Positions 55,278-64,000 of a DNA stretch of 64,000 nucleotides are shown piece after piece. Both the position numbers and the translations under genes were made by a program. The stretch covers positions 17,670,001-17,734,000 of the forward strand of contig OX597832.1 in the NCBI GenBank assembly GCA_951406725.2, in the 5' to 3' direction. The notes below the pieces were generated by a model. It was not told the origin of the DNA, ran no database searches, and saw nothing but the letters and a program-made list of their open reading frames with translations. Origin of the DNA: Octopus vulgaris. Taxonomy: Eukaryota. Position 1 is the stretch's first letter. The number at the start of each line of letters is the position of its first letter.

Positions 55278-55693
55278 ATGTATGTATATGTGTTGTGTTC
55301 GGTGCGTGTAGTTCGATGTAAGAATGCGTCTCCACGCACCTCTTTAGGGTGCGGCACAAGTTAAGATTGCTCTCTTCTGCTGTCTCCTCTCTGTCTCTGC
55401 CTCTCCATACAATTTCTATGTAAACCAGCAATTAAAATAAAAAAAAGAAAAAATATTAAGAAATCAATGAAAATGTATAAAAAGATATAAAAAGATATAA
55501 AACAGCAATAGTGCTCCTGTAAGAGGAAACAAACCACCCCCTTATGCAAAAGGGGGCACTAGAAAAAGGGTTCCCTTATTTATTTATTTATTTATTTATA
55601 TTCATCCTCTCCCTCGTGTGATTTAATCAGGCGAGACAGATTTAGCAAACAAGTTCAATAGAAAAATACGTCATTTGTAGTTCATGTACACTG

Positions 55694-55740
<47 letters not shown>

Positions 55741-55869
55741 TACACACAAAAAAAAAACACACACACACACACATGCACAGAAGCACGTACATACAGGCCA
55801 CACACATAAACACACACACACACACACATACACAAAACACACACACAAACACACACACACACACAAACA

Positions 55870-55909
<40 letters not shown>

Positions 55910-57528
55910 AGCACGTACATACATGCCACACACATAAACACACACACACACACAAGCACACACACAAGCACACACACACGCACACACACAAGCACCTACA
56001 CAGAGGCCACACACATAAACACGTATATCTACACGCAGAAACGCACCCACCAACACGAACACATATATGTGTGTGTGTATATATGTATGTATGTATATAT
56101 ATGTATGTCCGTCTGTATGTATGAATGATTTTATGCATAAATGTGTGTGTGTGTGTGTGTATGTGTGTGTGTGTGTCTATGTGCTCACGTATACACAAAC
56201 AGGACACATTTTACTCTACATTTCCACAAATACGTGTATATAGGCACATGCATACACACCCTCACACTGAAAAATATATGTAATATGCACATGAGCCAAA
56301 CCCCCACATGCTCATACAGATATACACGCATTTATGCTTTCATACATCGCCACCCGTGTCATCACCTAACTACACACATCACGAAGGCATCAATATGCAT
56401 ATGTGTATGTGTCTATGTATTTGTATGTATGTGTATGTATGTGTACGCGTATGAATATACGTATTCTATAACTACTATGTATACATGTATGAATGTCCGT
56501 ATGCACTTACGTATGTATGTATGTATGTATGTATGTATGTATGTATGTATGTATGTACGTATGTATGTATGTATGTATGTATGTATGTATGTATGTATGT
56601 ATGAATGTATGTATGTATGTATGTATGTATGTATGTATGTATGTATGTATGTATGTATGTGTGAGTGTGAGAATCAGTATGCCAATAGCTGTGTGTATTC
56701 ATAAGAATGTGTACGCCGTGGCTTGCTTTGGGACCTTAAACCGTGATGAATTCGTAAGGGCGCCGTCATGAGATACAGCGAATCCCGAGCATTAAACCCT
56801 GGCGGCACCCATCTTTCTCCAGGTCCCATTAAATTTAGAGACAAAACGGGAATTGAAAAAACTGAAAGGCAGGGAAAGAAGAGAGAAAAGAAACGAAAAA
56901 GAAAAAGAAATCAACGTTTTTACTAGATTAGCAATTTATCTATCTCACGGGGCAATATTGACTTCGGCGTTATTTGAACACGTACCGCTAATAAAACATA
57001 TAACGCATTCTGAGTGACCCCGTAATGAATCCGTCAATTCGGCGCCATATGAATGTTTCTATATTGCTTTTGCTCATTAGAATACTTCATTATAGGTGGT
57101 GGGGTTGATTTCCAACTGAGCAACCTAATGAACTCCACCCGTGGCATTTAGACAGCAACAACAAACGGTAAATGTAGATGTGCAATGCTAGGAAAGACTT
57201 GCATTCTTTGGTTTTCCACTTACGGATTGTACGTGTAATGTGCAGGTACATTTTGGGCCTATTTCTCGACGTGAACGGTTGCACCTTCTTCAGTTGCATA
57301 TATATATATAAATGCATATATATATGTCATTATAAGAAAAAAATTTATAATATTCTTCAGACATATTGACTCAAATATATATTTTTTAACCTTTTAAAAC
57401 AAGCCTTCTGTAGTTTTTCACTTTTTACTATTTTCTATATATTCAACCACGTGCTTTCACAAACCAAATTTCTCATCTATATATATATATATACTTTATT
57501 TAAATGAAGCAAACGGTTTGTAACCAGT

Positions 57529-57566
57529 CTGTCCGACGAACGGGAACGTGAAACTCTGAGTAACAG
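57529..57566 (+). ncRNA. minimal type I hammerhead, U4C variant (family D element, about 57490-57672)
   Basis: CTGT CCGACGA ACG GGAA CGT GAAA CTC T GAG TA ACAG; GUA site. Confidence 0.72.
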
Positions 57567-57686
57567 CTTTTGTTATATTTCTGCTGCTTTTAAATAAAGC
57601 ATATTACTCTACCTCTGGTATTTGAATACTCTTTTTTCCACCTTGTTTCACATTTATGTGCTTACTCCGGTATATATAAATATAGT

Positions 57687-57990
57687 AGAGGCACATGTCC
57701 TAGTGGTTAGAGCAGCGAACTCGTGTTCGAGGGATCACGGGTTCGAATCTCAGACCAGGCGATGTGTGTGTTTAGGAGCGAAACTCCTAAGCCCCAAGTG
57801 GGTCCGGCAGAAGGTAATGGCGAACTTCTGCCGACACTTTCGCCCCAACTTTCTCTAATTCTTTCCTCCCGTATCTTGCAGCTGGCCTGCGACGGACCGG
57901 CGTCCCGTCCAGGTGGGGAACCTATACGCCAAGGAAAACGGGAAACCGGCCCTTATGGGCCAGGCGTGGCTCGAGAAGGAACAAACAACT
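57687..57990 (+). mobile_element. tRNA-derived SINE family S4 (S3-like head, different tail)
   Basis: GTCCTAGTGGTTAG A-box, GGTTCGAATC B-box, tail CCTGCGACGGACCGGCGTCCCGTCCAGG...GAAACCGG. Confidence 0.85.
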
Positions 57991-58469
57991 GTTCCTTCAA
58001 AAGGAGGAAAACAAACAAAAAATCAAACAAACAATGTATATGAGTGTGCGTTAGTGTGTGTATACAAGCAAGTATGTGTGCAAGTACGTATGCTTATATA
58101 TAAGAGTGAGAAAAGGAACATGGGCATAACTTGTTATGCTTTCATTCTGAAGCACTTTCATTCAGGTGCAACCAGTTGGTGCAGCTTCGAGGACAAACAT
58201 GGAGAAAACACATTGATCTTGTGTAAAATGACGTCATGTCCTGTCGAATACTTACACATGCAACACGTTATCCCTATATTCTTTTCTGATACTAGTTTTG
58301 CTTTGCTCTTTATATCACGACATACACCCACCCTAGAATAGAACAACGTCTGTGAACAAGCAACGATGGGAATTGTACGCCATTAACGTTAGAGCTGAAA
58401 GCTGTGTGGGTTAATCGTCATGGGTCGAGCGCATCAAGCCGTACCTGTATATATATATATGTGTGTGTG

Positions 58470-58508
<39 letters not shown>

Positions 58509-58648
58509 GCACACATGCACACACACGTATGTATATATGTATATGTCTATCTATCTATATCTTATACATATATATATAAATATATATACGCACACATGCA
58601 CACACACGTATGTATATAAGTATATGTCTATCTATATATATCTTATAC

Positions 58649-58728
<80 letters not shown>

Positions 58729-59022
58729 GTGAAAGACGAATAAATACATATAATGTTACAAGATTGATTTCTTATTAATTGAAATAAATTCCCCTACCAG
58801 AGATGGTAATATAATCACCTGGTGGCAAATGCGTCACACCGCAAAACAGAAATATAAAAGAGAGATTGAATAAAGTATCAGGGAACCAACATTATTGACG
58901 TGTCATTAAGTCACAATACTTTTCGACTGTCTGGTAATTGAAAGACTACTGGCAGAGCGGGTTTCTTCCTGAACAGCAGTTATGATGTCTACATTAACCT
59001 ACATATATATATATATATATAT

Positions 59023-59033
59023 GTGGCGATAAC

Positions 59034-59082
<49 letters not shown>

Positions 59083-59170
59083 TAGTTATCGCCATACTAA
59101 TATGGCAGTCTATAAATATAAGACTAAAGCTGTCGCTGATTAGCTCCAAGAGGCCATCGCATCTAGCTAG
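59023..59170. mobile_element. family F ends arranged tail-to-tail across (TA)n
   Basis: TGGCGATAACTATT (TA)n AATAGTTATCGCCATACTAATATGGC..., homologous to 29005-29100. Confidence 0.8.
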
Positions 59171-59276
59171 CTATATATATATATATAGTTCAAACTTCCA
59201 GAAAGTAAAATACGAAAACAGGTGAAGGAAAAAGAAGCAGGTGTATCCGTTTAATGCTCGTGAAGAACTGGGTAAT

Positions 59277-59314
59277 GTCTTCGACGTTTCGAGTCTACGC
59301 TCATCGACAGAGTA
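59277..59314 (-). ncRNA. degenerate minimal hammerhead (family C element 59186-59380)
   Basis: CTGTCGA T GAGC GTAG ACTC GAAA CGTC; stem I poor. Confidence 0.55.
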
Positions 59315-59375
59315 AATTAATAGAAAACAAAGGAAAGAGAATAAAAATCACGGAGAAAAATCGTGTAGAGATATC

Positions 59376-59429
<54 letters not shown>

Positions 59430-59809
59430 CAAACACGCATGCACGCACGCACGCACATACACACTTTAAGACACCAAACTAAAACGAGAAAGAACTCTTA
59501 AAGAAAAAGTGAAAGCAAAATTACAAGAAAAGCAACTTAAATACAGAGTGTCCTGAATAATAATATTAACAATTTCAAATTTGGACTAAGTTCATTAATT
59601 CTGAGAAATGGTGGGTAGTCAATATTAGAATGAAATGCTAAAATTGTATTGACGTCGGTTGACCAGAAAAAAGAATACCGGACAACATGCTACTAATCAT
59701 ATTTTCCGGTAGTCTAATGTTTCTGCCAAGTCAGCGCTTGAAAAGGAGCAACAAGAACTGCAACAGTTATGAAAGCAACTGCAACAAAAATAACAATAAT
59801 GAAAGAGTC

Positions 59810-60195
59810 AAATCTTGACACTAGGGCAACAATATCGGAGGAGATCTTAAGTCGGTTACATCGAACCCAATATTCGACTGGTATTTTTTCATCCAACCAA
59901 AAGTATGAAAAGAAAGTCGACCCCGGCGGAATTTGTAATCAGAACGTAAGGACAGACGAAATGCCATTTTACCCGCAATGCTAAATAACAATCACAATAT
60001 TTTCTACGAAATTTTTAGAGAGGGAACTAGTGGAATACATCGACCTCAGTGCTTCACAGGTACTTAACTTATCGACACTGAAAGGATAAATGGCAAAGTC
60101 GACTTTGGTGGAATTTGAACTTAGAACGTAGAGACGGACGAAATGTCGCTAACCATTTTACCCGGCGTGCCAACACTTCTACCAGCTCACGGCCT
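59810..60195 (-). mobile_element. two degenerate S1 SINEs in tandem
   Basis: AAAGTCGAC...GGAATTTG..TCAGAACGTA-like block twice. Confidence 0.75.
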
Positions 60196-60208
60196 TGATA
60201 ATAATAAC

Positions 60209-60310
<102 letters not shown>

Positions 60311-60475
60311 AAGAAGAAAGCTCAAACCTCCGCCAAGGCAACACAAGCTTCAAAGATTAGGCAGAGATGATTTTTAAAATGAGAATATCTGAAGTAAACT
60401 CGGCTGACCTCACATATGAGAATGCTAAAAATTAACCCGACCACTCTCAAACATTAAGTAAAATAAATCGGAAAA

Positions 60476-60623
<148 letters not shown>

Positions 60624-61095
60624 TAGTAGTAGTAGTGACAAAAATAACAAAAACAACAATAACAACAGCAATAATAATAATAATAATAAAAATAACAATG
60701 TTGATGATGGTGTTGATGATGGTGATGACGATGTTGATGATGATGATGATGATGATGAAGAAGATGAGGATTATGAGGATGGTGCTGCTGCTGCTGATAC
60801 TGATGATGATGATGATGAACCTTCTCCAAGAAAAAGAAAGAGGAGGAGAGGAAGAAGGATGAGGTGAAGGAGAAGAAGAGGAGGAGGAGGAAGAAAGGGA
60901 AAATAAGCAGCAGATTTGATCATCCGTCCACACATTCAAAGATGCATGTACTCACACATACACTCATACACGTACACGCAGACACACTCATACACGTACA
61001 CACAGACACGCACATACACACACACATGCACCCACACACACACGCAAACCTTTGCAAAAAATACATACACATGTGTATACACTAGGGAGAGCAGT

Positions 61096-61126
<31 letters not shown>

Positions 61127-62054
61127 GTGGAGTGGGGCAGAGAGAGTCACATGTCACATACATGCACACGTTAGCAAATATTGAATAAATAAATAATTTG
61201 AATTTAGTGAGGTATCTACTCAAAGTATTGACGATGATGATACGGGTAGCAAGAGGTAATTCCTGTGACGACTGTATCTCCACTATAAAGGGCGGTTCCT
61301 TGCCCCCAGATTTTAGTTTGGAAGGAATTTTTTCATGCTGTTTGATTTGACGGCGAGAATTAAGGACACGCGTTCCTTATTTTAATATCAGTGTGTGTGC
61401 GTGTATGTTCGTGTACGTGTATGTGCGTGTGCGTGTATGTGCGTGTATGTGTGTGTGTGTGTGTGTGTGTGCGCGTGTGTGTGTGCATCTATGACTTAGA
61501 TACAAAGCACATGTACTTACATACTAATGTGCACACATGCACAAACTCACGCACACACACACAGAGGCATGCACATATACAATTATATATAGAGAGTAAG
61601 AAACCAATGAATAGAAAATTAGATATATAGAGAGAAAGGACAGAAAGAGAGGGAGGAAGGGAGGGAGAGAAAGATAAAACAGACTGACAAACACATACGG
61701 AGCTACGCAGTTACACGGCATCTCCAGTAGGAAAATGCCTATTAAATTCCAGTTTTTAGCTTTAACTAATGTCTGATATTGCATACGAGTACAATATACA
61801 GGAGAGAGACGCTAATGAAAGCCCAAGTCCCAAATGGTGAAATTTTGAGTGTTCGTGTATGTTAACACTGTTTGGTTGCATTTGAGAACAGAGACGAATC
61901 CAGTTGAGCATAAGAGAAAGGATGTTTTTTTGAGAACTCTGTGAGATTTTCTGTGAAATTCAGCATCTATCGATACTATTGTTCGTATTGCCTTGTCAAT
62001 TCTCTCACATTGTATTCATGTGTTAAAATATAATTAATGTTTGAAGCTAGCTTA

Positions 62055-62245
62055 AGGCGTCGAGTTAGCAGATACGTTAGTAAGCCGGACAATATGCTTA
62101 GCGTCACTTACGTTCTGAGTTCAAATTTCGCCGAGGTCGACTTTGCCTTACGTGGTCGATAAAATGGGCACCAGCAGAATACTGGGGCCGATGTAATCGA
62201 CTTAACACCTATCCCGGAGTTGCTGATGTCGAATCAAAATTTGAA
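62055..62245 (+). mobile_element. SINE family S1
   Basis: GGCGTCGAGTTAGCAGATACGTTAG head, GTTCAAATTTC, GTCGACTTTGCC. Confidence 0.8.
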
Positions 62246-62311
62246 GCTAATACTTTAAGGTAGTTTAAAAGCAACAGTGAATATTTACAGAATGTTTGTT
62301 ACACTAAACTT

Positions 62312-62605
62312 AGTTAGTTCGTTCCTTCTGGCTCATAAAGGCTGGTTTCCCGGTTTCTTTAGCGTATAGGTCGTTCCCCACCTGGAAGGGCCGCCGGTCC
62401 GTCGCAGGTGAGCTGCAAGATGCAGGAGGAAAGAGTGAAAGTTGTGGCGAAAGAGTCAGCAGAAGTTCGCCATTAGCTTCTGCCGGAGGCACGTAGAGCT
62501 TAGGTGTTTCGCTCATAAACACACACATCACCCGGACTGAAATTCGGACCCGCGATCGCTCAACTGTGAGTCCGCTGCTCTAACCACTAGGCCATGTGCC
62601 TTCAC
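62312..62605 (-). mobile_element. SINE family S4 with target-site duplication
   Basis: inverted homologue of 57687-57990; ACACTAAACTT at 62301 and 62606. Confidence 0.88.
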
Positions 62606-63247
62606 ACACTAAACTTCGAGTAGTGCCAAAATTATTGCAATTATTACGTTCACTGGGCATCAGGTTTCGACTTTCTTTTGCAATATCAATATATATAACC
62701 CACTCACTTCGATGTTAATGGTAACTTACGCAATTTCCTAGCGATTACTTAAGCTAGCGTTTTCTTGTATTCTTTCTTTAGGGAGTACAACATCTTTATT
62801 TGAATCCTTATAACATATCTCTCAAGAAATTTCTAGGTTGACACCTGGTGCTTTCCATACGCTAAAGAAGATGAAATATAAGTATATACTTAGAGGTGTA
62901 GGTATTCATTCAGAGGAGTAGGCCTATCATATGTTAAACTGCAATTTCTACTGCATTATTATTGACTTGAAGGTACGCAGAGACGTTTTATGGTAAACAA
63001 TGAAATAACTGAGTCGTATATACACACAGGCACACATACATACGAACACACGCACACACAATCAAATGTGTGTATGCGTGTATATGTGCGTGTTTGTCTT
63101 TGGGTGTATGTGTGTGTGTGTGTGTGTAAATACATACAGCCATATATTCATATATTTATACAAATATGTATGCAGGAGAAAGTCATATACGCTTCTAATT
63201 ATGCCTATATAGGTGTATGTATGAATATGTGTGTATGTATATATACA

Positions 63248-63280
<33 letters not shown>

Positions 63281-63357
63281 GTATAAATATATATATATAT
63301 ATACATATACACACACTTATGTATATACTTGTGTTTATGCATATATACACACTCACA

Positions 63358-63398
<41 letters not shown>

Positions 63399-63418
63399 GT
63401 ATATATATATATTTATAC

Positions 63419-63474
<56 letters not shown>

Positions 63475-64000
63475 TTGTGTTTATGTGTATAGTAGATGAA
63501 AGAAGGGCAAGTTTGCAAGCTATGTATACACATACAGGCAAGCACGTGGATACACGTACACTAGCTTAGACCTATCAATGTTTGCTTGTATGCTTGTCCT
63601 GTATGTAGGTTTGTGTGTCTTTTGGCGTGAGTACCATAACGTAAAAGTGAGAGAGCAATATTACACACACTCGTATACGTACACACAAACACTATGTAAA
63701 ACACGCACACACACACATATATATATATATATAACCCTGCACATACATACACACCCATATATATATATATATATAATATATATATATATACATATATATA
63801 TATACACTTATATATACATATATATATATATATATGTATATATATATGCTCATATATACATAACACCACATACACACGTAAAAGTGAGAGTGATGTTACA
63901 CAAACTCATATAAGTACACACAAACACTATATAAGACACACACACATACATATAACATTGCATATACATACACACTCATATATATAATACATATATGTAT

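Overview
AT-rich, extremely microsatellite-rich animal genomic DNA. The repeat repertoire looks like an octopus or other coleoid cephalopod intron/intergenic region; this is inferred from recalled repeat families, not checked. I find no host protein-coding exon, and most listed ORFs are microsatellite artefacts. Recognisable content: many tRNA-derived SINEs of several families, decayed Tc1/mariner elements and MITEs, three non-autonomous Helitrons, and LINE fragments (R4/Dong-like RLE clade, L1/Tx1-like, CR1/L2-like). The most interesting signal is a dispersed set of minimal type I hammerhead ribozyme motifs, about ten copies in 5-6 short non-coding families, mostly abutting (TA)n microsatellites. 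They resemble Penelope-associated or retrozyme hammerheads. One family joins a Pol III tRNA-like head to a hammerhead, and others carry recurrent core variants (U4C, A6U). There is also a 2.8 kb cluster of three inverted-repeat pairs and several stand-alone hairpins. All folds and alignments were done by eye.
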